A DNA stretch of 64,000 bases from positions 18,689-82,688 of IMG/VR virus record IMGVR_UViG_3300027754_000069, one strand, 5' to 3'. Of this stretch, positions 16,555 to 25,054 are shown one piece after another. Every line of letters begins with the position of its first letter. Positions within the stretch are counted from its first letter, which is position 1. The translations under genes were made by a program, and so were the position numbers. The stretch is from a virus. The notes beneath the pieces are model-generated. The model made no database searches, was not told the DNA's origin, and worked only from the letters and a program-made list of their open reading frames with translations.

Positions 16555-17378
16555 TGCGATAACGTTCTTGCTCTATGTAAATCAGATGGAGAGTTGTAAA
16601 GAACCATCTTGCTTGCTTCCGCCGATAAAGTTACATAGCTTTCTGCAGTTGGGTCTGCCTTGCCATGTCTGTTCTTTACAACAGCAACTCGATAATTAGA
16701 GGAAGCACTATCCAGAGCCACCGAAAGGACCAACTCTGGTAGTGCTGCCACCTTACCCATCAATGCTTTACGTGGTGCTGGGTAGTTCGGCTTAGACATC
16801 TTCTCATTCTCGGAAACGTGGTGCAGGACGATGAATGCCGATTCATACTCACGAGCCATGTAGTGAAACGCTGACATGGCATCGCGTAGTGCAGTCCACT
16901 CGTTATCACTTGCGGATGCTACGTTCATTAAGTTGTCTACATATACAGCAGTAGGTGCCGAACCATGCAATTCAATCCACGCTTCTATCTCCTCTTCAAT
17001 GTCTTGAAGAGAAGGTGCTGGGTCGAACGCGAATCGTACATGGTCGGCACCTTCCGCTAGCGCATCCTCAAGGAGAACGCTTGCTTCGGTATCCATCAAT
17101 CTTTCTACATCAGCAACATCTTTATTCATAAGTATTGCACCAGCGCGAGTAGCGATGGTACGTGAATCAGAGTCAGCTGATATATATAACGACGGAACCT
17201 TAGATGTAATTGCGTACCATAATGCAAGTAGTGTCTTACCTCCGCCTGGTTGACCAGCGACCAAATGCAATTGCGCTTGGCGAAAGACAACTTGACTGGC
17301 TGTGAGTTGAGGCAGGATTTCTGGTAGTTGATGACCAACTGGTGACTCGACACCCACTACTTGCAAGAGGCTACGCAC
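16545..17378 (-). CDS. DnaB/RecA-like replicative helicase
   Basis: GQPGGGKT, VYVDNL, LHH, VKNRHG. Confidence 0.9.
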   Translation of the reverse strand: MRSLLQVVGVESPVGHQLPEILPQLTASQVVFRQAQLHLVAGQPGGGKTLLALWYAITSKVPSLYISADSDSRTIATRAGAILMNKDVADVERLMDTEASVLLEDALAEGADHVRFAFDPAPSLQDIEEEIEAWIELHGSAPTAVYVDNLMNVASASDNEWTALRDAMSAFHYMAREYESAFIVLHHVSENEKMSKPNYPAPRKALMGKVAALPELVLSVALDSASSNYRVAVVKNRHGKADPTAESYVTLSAEASKMVLYNSPSDLHRARTLSQWQ

Positions 17379-17854
17379 TACTTAGCCCAGATTGTTTCTG
17401 CTTCTACGGCACCTGGTGAGAAAGGCTTCGGTCCCTTGGCTGGGTCAAACCAACCAACATAAGCCTTGCCTGCTTTTGATACGCCCTTCTTCTTGGCGTA
17501 CTTACCGCGTCCGTCTGGTAGGTCTGGTGCATCTGGATGCCCATATGTCCATTCATTACCGTACCTATCTTTGACAACCTCGATTGATTGTACTGTTGTT
17601 CCTGATGTTACTGGCTGTGGGTTTAGCCCAGCATCCTGCAACATTTGGATTGCTTGTTCAGCATTAGGTGTGTATGCGTTGCCTGTTGGTATAGGCAGTG
17701 GTCGACCAAGACGTGCTTGGAGTTGTACAGCCTCAGCGATTGCTTCGACTGCTGCTTCTAGGTTAGTTCTAAATTCACTAACGCTATTACCTCGGACGGT
17801 AAATAGGTCAGTTGAATTTAACTTACCTGTATACGAGAACATAGATTCAGTCAT
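17378..17854 (-). CDS. Conserved replication-module protein of unknown function
   Basis: Highly conserved homolog at 59353..59826. Confidence 0.8.
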   Translation of the reverse strand: MTESMFSYTGKLNSTDLFTVRGNSVSEFRTNLEAAVEAIAEAVQLQARLGRPLPIPTGNAYTPNAEQAIQMLQDAGLNPQPVTSGTTVQSIEVVKDRYGNEWTYGHPDAPDLPDGRGKYAKKKGVSKAGKAYVGWFDPAKGPKPFSPGAVEAETIWAK

Positions 17855-18523
17855 CTACTTTCTCTCCTTTTCTTTCCCTGTTGTTGGTAGTTGTAGTGGG
17901 AAATCTTTTGAGCCCCATGCGGGGCACTTCGCCATGAACGAACACATCTTACAGTTTTCACCAACGAATGTTGGGAAGTAACCTTGCAATACTGAGTGGT
18001 TCATAGATGTAAACGCATGTTCATAGTATTCAATACTGAGGTGGGTTAAGTCAATCAATTCATCAAGCTCGCCTTTGCGAGTCATAAAAAATGCGCCCCA
18101 CTTGGGGCGAATACCAAAAATCTTTTCAACACCACTGGCATACAATCCATTTTGGATTACACCGAACGGTGTCCTGGAACCAGTCTTATAGTCAACGATA
18201 ACCAAGTCTTCCCCTACTTGGTATATCGCATCAATAATAAATCGAACAGGTGTACCCCCGAAATGCACATCTGCTGACCATTCGATTCCAGGACGACCAT
18301 CAGGCATGGTAGCGATTTGCCAACCAGATTGCAACATCCATTGATGGTATGCCTCAACCTGCTTTAGCCCATCGCTTTGCCAGAAGGAGAGGTCCTCACC
18401 GTCAGGACGAGCAGCGGTCTTACGACCAGCTACCTTCCATTCTGATGGGGGTAACCCCGACTTCTCCTCGACATCTCTTACTTCGGCATTGAATATCTCA
18501 AGCCATTTCTCAGTTAAACTCAT
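17855..18523 (-). CDS. Cas4/RecB-like exonuclease, C-terminal part
   Basis: IE, ID, IVDYKTG, QxxxY, CxxCxxxxxC. Confidence 0.88.
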   Translation of the reverse strand: MSLTEKWLEIFNAEVRDVEEKSGLPPSEWKVAGRKTAARPDGEDLSFWQSDGLKQVEAYHQWMLQSGWQIATMPDGRPGIEWSADVHFGGTPVRFIIDAIYQVGEDLVIVDYKTGSRTPFGVIQNGLYASGVEKIFGIRPKWGAFFMTRKGELDELIDLTHLSIEYYEHAFTSMNHSVLQGYFPTFVGENCKMCSFMAKCPAWGSKDFPLQLPTTGKEKERK

Positions 18524-18752
18524 CGTACTCTTCCTCTGGTCGGTCAGGTTTCACATAGTCTGGATGGTCAACTGGTGTGGGGGTTGTCATAGGTGAACCG
18601 CAATCAGCACAGAAAGAATCCGTGAACCACATGACCAAGTCGTAGTCTTGGAAGATAGCCCTGATAACCTGAATGTTTGAACCGCAGTTCACACATTCAT
18701 TACTAGGGATACCTCGCTGGTCAATCAAGTTGTTGTTGTTTGTAGAGCTCAT
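18510..18752 (-). CDS. Zn-ribbon protein between the nuclease halves
   Basis: CxxC..CxxC..TPVD; homolog at 60474..60704. Confidence 0.8.
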   Translation of the reverse strand: MSSTNNNNLIDQRGIPSNECVNCGSNIQVIRAIFQDYDLVMWFTDSFCADCGSPMTTPTPVDHPDYVKPDRPEEEYDEFN

Positions 18753-18912
18753 GGTTTAACCATTCCAACATAGAGTGGACGGCAGAGCCAGCAGCAAGAT
18801 ACACTGCAGGCTTCTCTGGGACCATGGCTATCTTGCTCAGATAGTATTTCTGAGGACAGGATTGCCAAGTGGATAACTGACTATACGACCGATGAGGAGG
18901 AAGTTGATTCAT
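18721..18912 (-). CDS. Cas4/RecB-like exonuclease, N-terminal part
   Basis: SYSQLSTWQSCPxKYYL, GSAVHxxLE; probably leaderless start. Confidence 0.85.
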   Translation of the reverse strand: MNQLPPHRSYSQLSTWQSCPQKYYLSKIAMVPEKPAVYLAAGSAVHSMLEWLNHELYKQQQLD

Positions 18913-18948
18913 ACCGTAAATCATACCAATGAATTACCAATCTGTGTC
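18913..18948 (-). promoter_or_regulatory. Leaderless promoter of the replication operon
   Basis: GACAC-18-TATGAT-7 nt-ATG; B has GACAC-17-TATACT-7 nt-ATG. Confidence 0.7.
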
Positions 18949-18984
18949 ATAGACACGCCAAATGTTATTACCAATAATCTGATA

Positions 18985-19006
18985 GGGTTGAGGGGTGGTG
19001 GGAGGG
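18985..19006 (+). other. G-quadruplex-type motif GGGTTGAGGGGTGGTGGGAGGG
   Basis: Identical at 60942-60963. Confidence 0.6.
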
Positions 19007-19049
19007 AAAGGCTTGCCCGATGGCAAGCCGTGGTAAGAAAAAGAGAAAT

Positions 19050-19086
19050 AAAAAAAGAGGGGGACCATTAAGTCCCCCTCCTCTTC
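19050..19086 (-). terminator. Terminator ending the late operon (possibly bidirectional)
   Basis: A-run plus GAGGGGGAC..GTCCCCCTC; conserved at 61217-61253. Confidence 0.8.
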
Positions 19087-19092
19087 TATCTC

Positions 19093-19311
19093 CTACCATT
19101 CTGGTGGAGCAACTGCGAGCGCATCCAGCGTGGCTATATTGATGCACCCGACTGCTGGGATGGAAAGCCGATGCTGCAAACCTCTTAGCAATTCAGCAAG
19201 GGGCGCATCTAGCACATCATCGCCAGCAACATTAAGAGCTAGCCTGACTTGATTGACTAACTCATTTCGTTCGCCTAGTGATACCAGTGGTATTAACTTG
19301 TTATCTTCCAC
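19093..19311 (-). CDS. Stand-alone peptidoglycan-binding-domain-like protein
   Basis: G...V..V..AL...D......L..LQ....I...G.I...T..AL pattern; homolog at 61259. Confidence 0.65.
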   Translation of the reverse strand: MEDNKLIPLVSLGERNELVNQVRLALNVAGDDVLDAPLAELLRGLQHRLSIPAVGCINIATLDALAVAPPEW

Positions 19312-21224
19312 TACTGGATTGCTTGTTCGTAATCGATTGTCTGCAACTGGATGGTGACTATCCCACCAAATCCTTTAGCAAACGTTGGAGGAGATTGTTG
19401 TTCGAACTGAATAGCTCGGATGACACAGACTCTTTCCTCACCAGAGGAGAAGTCTTGAAACAGTACGGCTCCACCGTTTTGTTCGATACGTTCTAAATAT
19501 CTAATACGTTCCCAAGGAGTGCTTACGTTAGTGACGCCGTTAGAGTCACGTTCTTCCTCGTAACACAGCAATGGAATTGTTATTGTTCTTGACCGAAGTG
19601 GCGCAGGCAATGCTCGACATTGCCACTCTTCAATCGTTGGACCAGAGGTTGCACTTGACGTACTACGGTTAAGGGTCAAGGTTATATTGAAATGGTCAGC
19701 TGGTTGCAGTCCAGCTGAAAGTTGAATCTCGCTAGACATATTAACTGCAATGGAGTCAACAGATGTTTCATTACCTTCTTGGTCTTCAACTTTAAATCCA
19801 ACTGTTCCAGTACCAGATGAACGGACAGATAGTGAAACTGGTTGCTTGCGTTCTGCTGTGCCCCAGCGAACCCAACCAGAACTAATTGTTCCGCTTGTTG
19901 CAAGCTCGGTTGCATGTTCAAGATAAATGCCAGCTGTAGTTGTTATGAATTTTCTACTACTAGTTCCAATAAAAGCAACACCAGTTGGCGCAGCTGCGCC
20001 AATAACTAAATCAGAAGCGTAAGCATAACCAACATTAAGGGGTACGCCTAAGTCAATTCGCCATAATCCATAGTTAAGTTCAGAGTTTGTCGAACTTTTG
20101 GTTGCATATAAATAGTTGCTATCAAAACTTACATCTTTGATTTCATCTTCAATAACCAATGCACCTAAAATAAAGGTCGTTCCATCGGTTGATTGATTGC
20201 CAATACGTAGACCTCGGTTAGTGCATAGGGCAACATACTCATTGAGATACATTCTCATTTGATTGAGAGTCTCACCACGTGGTAGTTCAGCAATAACATT
20301 TGCTTCATTGATGGCAGCTAGTGGATTAGCTAGGTCAATTGAAAAAGAAATTACACGTGATATAGCACCCTGTGTGTAACCAGCAACAATTGCACTGTTT
20401 AGTTCCGTAATAGAATTAACTACAGTGGATGTATTGGTAGTTTCCCATCGTTCGTTGGATGCATTAATAGTTGGAGTAGGTGTTGTGTAGGCTCTAGCTA
20501 CTTCATAGATTCCAACCTCAACTGTGCCTTCCAAAGCTGCTACAACAATACGTTCTTTGATATAAGCAATTGTTTGTGGGAACCATGCAGCTGCTACATA
20601 TGTAGGATGGTTCCATAATTTCCGAACAACACCTGCAGTTGTTACATCATAGATTCCTTCAGTTGCTGCAACAATACAATAGGTTCCATCTGATGTAATG
20701 CAATATGGAATATTGCCTGCACCAAGGGTTATGGCTGTATGTGTATTAGCTGATTGACTATAAAACTTTAACGTTGAGCCTTCAATATAAAAAGTTCCAC
20801 CAGATACGGTTACTGGATTTATTACAGATGCAGTAGTTGCCTGGGTTGTTTTCTTAAGAAGGGACATATTTCCTAAATCCCAAACATCTACGTTATTAGA
20901 TTCCCAAAATTTAAATAAGTCACTTGAGTCTGCATCGTAATACTCTTCTCCAGCACCATGGTGCCATGATGTAGCAGTACGTAACCACCAGTTAGATAAG
21001 GAGTTCTCACCAGCAGATGCACCCTGGTCAATACGTTCCTTCTGGTATGTTGTAGTTACACGAGTGATACGGTTCTGGTCTGTTGCAGCAGATAGCCATG
21101 GCGTATTGCCGATAGCATAACTTGCAGCAAAGTCTTCACGTTTGTATTTAACTAAGGCAGTCGGAATCGACTGGCTTAATATAATCGGTAGGTCACCAAC
21201 AAGTTCTTTGTTATTTGTTGCCAC
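19311..21224 (-). CDS. Tail (nozzle/tubular B-like) beta-rich structural protein
   Basis: 637 aa beta-rich; late operon; homolog at 61471. Confidence 0.6.
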   Translation of the reverse strand: MATNNKELVGDLPIILSQSIPTALVKYKREDFAASYAIGNTPWLSAATDQNRITRVTTTYQKERIDQGASAGENSLSNWWLRTATSWHHGAGEEYYDADSSDLFKFWESNNVDVWDLGNMSLLKKTTQATTASVINPVTVSGGTFYIEGSTLKFYSQSANTHTAITLGAGNIPYCITSDGTYCIVAATEGIYDVTTAGVVRKLWNHPTYVAAAWFPQTIAYIKERIVVAALEGTVEVGIYEVARAYTTPTPTINASNERWETTNTSTVVNSITELNSAIVAGYTQGAISRVISFSIDLANPLAAINEANVIAELPRGETLNQMRMYLNEYVALCTNRGLRIGNQSTDGTTFILGALVIEDEIKDVSFDSNYLYATKSSTNSELNYGLWRIDLGVPLNVGYAYASDLVIGAAAPTGVAFIGTSSRKFITTTAGIYLEHATELATSGTISSGWVRWGTAERKQPVSLSVRSSGTGTVGFKVEDQEGNETSVDSIAVNMSSEIQLSAGLQPADHFNITLTLNRSTSSATSGPTIEEWQCRALPAPLRSRTITIPLLCYEEERDSNGVTNVSTPWERIRYLERIEQNGGAVLFQDFSSGEERVCVIRAIQFEQQSPPTFAKGFGGIVTIQLQTIDYEQAIQ

Positions 21225-21234
21225 GAGTTATCTC

Positions 21235-21741
21235 CTACTTCTTGGATGGACAGTGCTTACAGCAGTTAGATGTATCTTCTGCTGGGTATGCTTTCTTAGT
21301 CGGTACAGCAGCAATTGCTGCTTTAACCTGATTAATTATCTTAGGTTGATTCATCCACCAGAACCACGGAGAAGTATCGGTACCCATAGTGGACTCAATA
21401 GAAACATGTAGATGCTTATTATGAGGATTACTCCCAGTGTACCGTCTGTTTCCCAGCTTGGATTTTTCTTTAGACCAAATCTTTCCCTGAAAGATAAGGT
21501 ACTTAACTCTTTTATCTTCTTTAAGTTTCTCAAATATTTCCTTACAGTCAATACCATTATCTGGGTCATGGGTAAGGTCTGCTGCTAGCCCAGTATTGTG
21601 GTCCGAGTTCGGACTTTGACTGACATGTGCTGCAGATGGTAGAAGACCATCGCTTGCTTTCTTCCGCTTTGGTTGCAGTGCCGTCGCTTGGCGCAGCACA
21701 GCAAGTGCAGCAGGTGTGGCTTTCTTGACTACAGTTGTCAT
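21235..21741 (-). CDS. Endolysin, Zn-peptidase (M15/LAS-like)
   Basis: SDHxxGxAxD and HxxHLHVS motifs; adjacent to holin-like genes. Confidence 0.75.
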   Translation of the reverse strand: MTTVVKKATPAALAVLRQATALQPKRKKASDGLLPSAAHVSQSPNSDHNTGLAADLTHDPDNGIDCKEIFEKLKEDKRVKYLIFQGKIWSKEKSKLGNRRYTGSNPHNKHLHVSIESTMGTDTSPWFWWMNQPKIINQVKAAIAAVPTKKAYPAEDTSNCCKHCPSKK

Positions 21742-21941
21742 TCACGATTCTTTCCAGCTACTAGTTCATACAGGCTGTCAACACGAAGTTCTAATCTATC
21801 GAGTGAGTCACGCATCGAGCTGCCTGAATTTGGTTTCAATTCTGTGAGGTAGTGTTTTACTAACCAACGAACTGAGCCAGCAAAGCTGGCAACTATTGTG
21901 GCAGTGGCAACAGCCAAGCCAGCCCATTCGTTGGTAGACAT
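21738..21941 (-). CDS. Single-TM lysis-module membrane protein
   Basis: TM segment plus ELKPNSGSSMRD coiled segment. Confidence 0.75.
   Translation of the reverse strand: MSTNEWAGLAVATATIVASFAGSVRWLVKHYLTELKPNSGSSMRDSLDRLELRVDSLYELVAGKNRE
21749..21847 (+). repeat. Exact repeat, copy 1 (at least 99 bp; matches 63902-64000)
   Basis: Base-by-base comparison. Confidence 0.9.
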
Positions 21942-22129
21942 TATTCTGCTCCGCGTCCGAAGTCTGTTGAAGATCCGTCAAGCCACTTAAGAACTGGACC
22001 AAGGAACCCTGTTAGAGCTGCTGTTCCCAGAACCTTAAGGTCCGTCTGACCAGCAAGATAAAGTGCGACAGCAGCAGATGCTGCTGCACGGAACCAAGAT
22101 AATGCTATTGCTTGAAACTTTGCGTTCAT
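21941..22129 (-). CDS. Holin
   Basis: 62 aa, two TM segments, P.LKWLD...FGRG tail. Confidence 0.75.
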   Translation of the reverse strand: MNAKFQAIALSWFRAAASAAVALYLAGQTDLKVLGTAALTGFLGPVLKWLDGSSTDFGRGAE

Positions 22130-22145
22130 TGTTTTCTCCTTAAAT

Positions 22146-22172
22146 AAAAAACCCCGCCGAAGCGGGGTTTTT
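22146..22172. terminator. Bidirectional terminator
   Basis: AAAAACCCCGC-CGAA-GCGGGGTTTTT. Confidence 0.85.
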
Positions 22173-22183
22173 AATAGTTGTTA

Positions 22184-22531
22184 TTATTCGGTTGGTAATT
22201 CAATCCAAGAGGTTGTGTCTTCATCCCATGAATAAAACTTGCCGTCAGTAGGCATTGGGGTTGGTGCTTCCCATAGGTAAGATTCTGTATTAAGAGTCCA
22301 TGATTGGTATGGTTGTGGGGCTGCAAAGCCTATGCCATCCCATGTATATCCAATACCTGCATAGTTCTTATTTAACGGTGTTCCACCTAGAGAGTGAACT
22401 CCACCATATGTATTGTATGAGGTCTTAATCCAAGTGCCTGTGTATCGATCAGGGTTTGCTTGTAGGAAATTATCTTCAACTACATTAACTTGAGTGACTA
22501 CGCCATCTTCTACTTTAGCCCAATGTGCCAT
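22184..22531 (-). CDS. Tail-fibre-associated protein
   Basis: MAHWA..V..V, W..TSYN..NYAGIGY, P.SW..W.AP.P.P.DG..Y.WDE. Confidence 0.7.
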   Translation of the reverse strand: MAHWAKVEDGVVTQVNVVEDNFLQANPDRYTGTWIKTSYNTYGGVHSLGGTPLNKNYAGIGYTWDGIGFAAPQPYQSWTLNTESYLWEAPTPMPTDGKFYSWDEDTTSWIELPTE

Positions 22532-22737
22532 TATTTATTATCCTTATCTTCTCCGTAAATAGCTACTGTATTTAGCAACTTAACATCACGCTTGGTGACA
22601 ATGCCACCCTTTTCATCTAATTGAGCCTTTGCTGTAGCTTCATCATCTGCGATGATGTGTACCAACATGGTGACTTCGTATGAAAAACATTGTGTTGGTT
22701 TTGTTTCTTTAATCTTAGTTACATTATCTTTAGTCAT
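22531..22737 (-). CDS. Hypothetical protein
   Basis: ORF in the fibre cassette; coupled to the next gene. Confidence 0.65.
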   Translation of the reverse strand: MTKDNVTKIKETKPTQCFSYEVTMLVHIIADDEATAKAQLDEKGGIVTKRDVKLLNTVAIYGEDKDNK

Positions 22738-22750
22738 TTAGTATCCTTTG

Positions 22751-24478
22751 TTAGACTGCATAACGAACTATAACAATACCAGAACCACCAGCACCAGAAG
22801 GGAGAGATGAATTATTAGATGCTTGTCCACCACCGCCGCCACCTGTGTTTGCAGTTCCGCTAAGAGGCTGCAAGACATCTTGGAAACATCCACCACGACC
22901 ACCGCCACCTGAACCACCTGAACCATTACCAGATGCCTGAAGAATAGAACCTCCACCGCCACCTGCGTAATAACCACTTACACCAGTTCCTGTTGCACTT
23001 GCTATAGCAGAATAAGTATTTACACCAACTCCACCGTTGCCACCAACACTTGTTGTTCCTGTTGCACCTACTGCACCAGCACCACCACCACCACCAGAGC
23101 CGTAGTTTGCATTGTTGTTTGCTCCACCACCAGCGTAACCTTCTACTGGAGAATATGAGCCAGCGTTACCTGCTGAGCCTGTTCCATCTTCACCAGCACC
23201 TCCGCCTGAACCACCAGTTTTACCAGCCTTCCAAGTTCCACCATTACCACCACCACCACCTCCGCCTGTTGCACTATTACCTGCAAAAGATGAGTTAGTG
23301 CCGTTAGGGGCTTCTGTTGATGTTCCATTAATGCCAGCACCGCCACCGCCAACTACTGCATTGTATGTAGTTCCAGAAGCAAAAGATTGTGAAGAGAAAT
23401 ATCGTAGACCGCCCGCTCCACCGCCTCCGCCAATTTGACCACCACCTGCACCACCACCTGCAACTATTAAGTAGTCACAAGTTAATGCAGTTGATGGAAC
23501 AAATGCTCCGTCTGATAAAAATGTGTGATAGAAATATCCACCAGAAAATACAATAGTTCCGCCAGTTGCTTTTGCAGTACCTGTATAAAATGTTTCGTCT
23601 GATAAGAATGTATGGTAGTAATAACCACCAGATGAAACTACAGTTCCACCGTATGCTTTTTGTGTAGCAGATTGATATCGGGCAATAACAATCCCAGAAC
23701 CACCGCCACCACCAATGCCACTTGCATTATTACCTGCACCGCCACCGCCACCGCCTCCTGTGTTTACGGTTCCGTTTGTTCCATTACCCCCTGCAACACC
23801 TGCACCACCGCCACCAGATCCACCAGCACCAACATTTGCAACATACGCAAATACACCGCCACCGCCACCAGCATAATAACCGCTGTTAGCACCAGTTGAT
23901 GTAGCACTAGCAAAAGTTGAATATTGTTTTCCTATGCCACCAATTCCAGCAGTAGTAGCACCACTTGCGTTAGTACCAGCACCACCAGCACCACCACCAC
24001 CGCCACCGCCATAACTAGGTGCAGTAACCATATTTCCGCCAATGTTACCAAAACCTTTTCCGCCGTAAGATGTTTGTGTTGATGTTCCAGCAGAAAGTGA
24101 CGAACCCTCTGCTTGACCACCACCTGAACCACCATTAAGAGTTCCCGAGTTAAATCCTTGTGATCCACCTCTACCACCACCATTAGCAGTATACAAAGAA
24201 CCAAATACTGAATTTCCACCAAGACCACCACCAACACCATAAGTACCAGTAGCAGCACCGCCTGCACCAACTGTTACGGCATATGAAGTAGATAGATTGA
24301 GAGTATCGTTTTCTGAATAAACAAGACCTCCACCACCACCACCACCAGCAGTATAATAACCACCTCCGCCACCACCAGCAACAACTAACATATCAACAGT
24401 CAAAGTTGAGGGTGCAAAAGTTCTCATACCGCCCAAGCCTCTGGCTGAGCCTCCTGCTAATGTACCGATAACTGGCAT
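22751..24478 (-). CDS. Glycine-rich tail fibre / receptor-binding protein
   Basis: Two LxVAGGG...GSGIVIxRY glycine-rich domains joined by GG..YYYHTF repeats. Confidence 0.8.
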   Translation of the reverse strand: MPVIGTLAGGSARGLGGMRTFAPSTLTVDMLVVAGGGGGGYYTAGGGGGGGLVYSENDTLNLSTSYAVTVGAGGAATGTYGVGGGLGGNSVFGSLYTANGGGRGGSQGFNSGTLNGGSGGGQAEGSSLSAGTSTQTSYGGKGFGNIGGNMVTAPSYGGGGGGGAGGAGTNASGATTAGIGGIGKQYSTFASATSTGANSGYYAGGGGGVFAYVANVGAGGSGGGGAGVAGGNGTNGTVNTGGGGGGGAGNNASGIGGGGGSGIVIARYQSATQKAYGGTVVSSGGYYYHTFLSDETFYTGTAKATGGTIVFSGGYFYHTFLSDGAFVPSTALTCDYLIVAGGGAGGGQIGGGGGAGGLRYFSSQSFASGTTYNAVVGGGGAGINGTSTEAPNGTNSSFAGNSATGGGGGGGNGGTWKAGKTGGSGGGAGEDGTGSAGNAGSYSPVEGYAGGGANNNANYGSGGGGGAGAVGATGTTSVGGNGGVGVNTYSAIASATGTGVSGYYAGGGGGSILQASGNGSGGSGGGGRGGCFQDVLQPLSGTANTGGGGGGQASNNSSLPSGAGGSGIVIVRYAV

Positions 24479-24493
24479 TTTTAGATCTCCTTA

Positions 24494-25054
24494 TTAGGCA
24501 AACTTGGTTTGTGTCTCAAGAACTGTAAATGTTGCTGATGCTGTCTTAATAATTGTAAATGAATATGCATCGATAGACGATGCGTTGCCAGCCGAAATTG
24601 TTGCTGGAACCTTTGGGGTTACAGTAGTTCCATCGATCTGGATTGTGTTTGGATAATAAGCACTAGCACCGTTAGTGTTAAGCCATACTACAGTTATTGC
24701 ATCACCAACCGCTAGTGCAGTATTAAGGGATACGCTAGAACTGTATCGAATGTTAAGAGTATGGTTTGCTGTTGCGTTAGATGTGTAATACCAGATAGAA
24801 GCAGTCTCAACATTTAAGTTGATTGTGCCAGTTGCAGCAGAAGCTACAACATTGACATCTTCTTCTAACCCTCGAACTACTGTGTCTTCAAGGGTTCCAC
24901 CCTTTGCACGAGCTAGAGGGAATCCACCTGCTGTGGATCCATCATGTACTACTACAACATCCTTATCAGTATCTACTGTCAATTCGCCCAGTAGTCCTGT
25001 AAAGGATGCGTGTTGTGCCGTAGTTCCTCTACGGCGTTGGAATGCGAATGGCAT
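24494..25054 (-). CDS. Tail fibre protein with Mtd-like N-terminal anchor
   Basis: QRRRGT...FTG..GELTVDTD....VHDG...GG.PL. Confidence 0.75.
   Translation of the reverse strand: MPFAFQRRRGTTAQHASFTGLLGELTVDTDKDVVVVHDGSTAGGFPLARAKGGTLEDTVVRGLEEDVNVVASAATGTINLNVETASIWYYTSNATANHTLNIRYSSSVSLNTALAVGDAITVVWLNTNGASAYYPNTIQIDGTTVTPKVPATISAGNASSIDAYSFTIIKTASATFTVLETQTKFA

Larger units (their letters stand above)
1..21748. mobile_element. Phage A, partial genome (podovirus-like actinophage)
   Basis: Portal, terminase, early, replication (WhiB, primase, helicase), tail and endolysin genes; colinear with and diverged from ~40600-63901; no GATC seen. Confidence 0.85.

Noticed and set aside
17855-18912. 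CRISPR-Cas locus, intron or intein at the Cas4-like gene
   Set aside because: No repeat-spacer array or other cas genes; the ~200-nt insert is fully coding, lacks intron or intein motifs, and deletion between the ATGAG repeats gives an immediate stop.
24494-25054. Diversity-generating retroelement suggested by the Mtd-like N-terminus
   Set aside because: No reverse transcriptase and no TR/VR pair seen.
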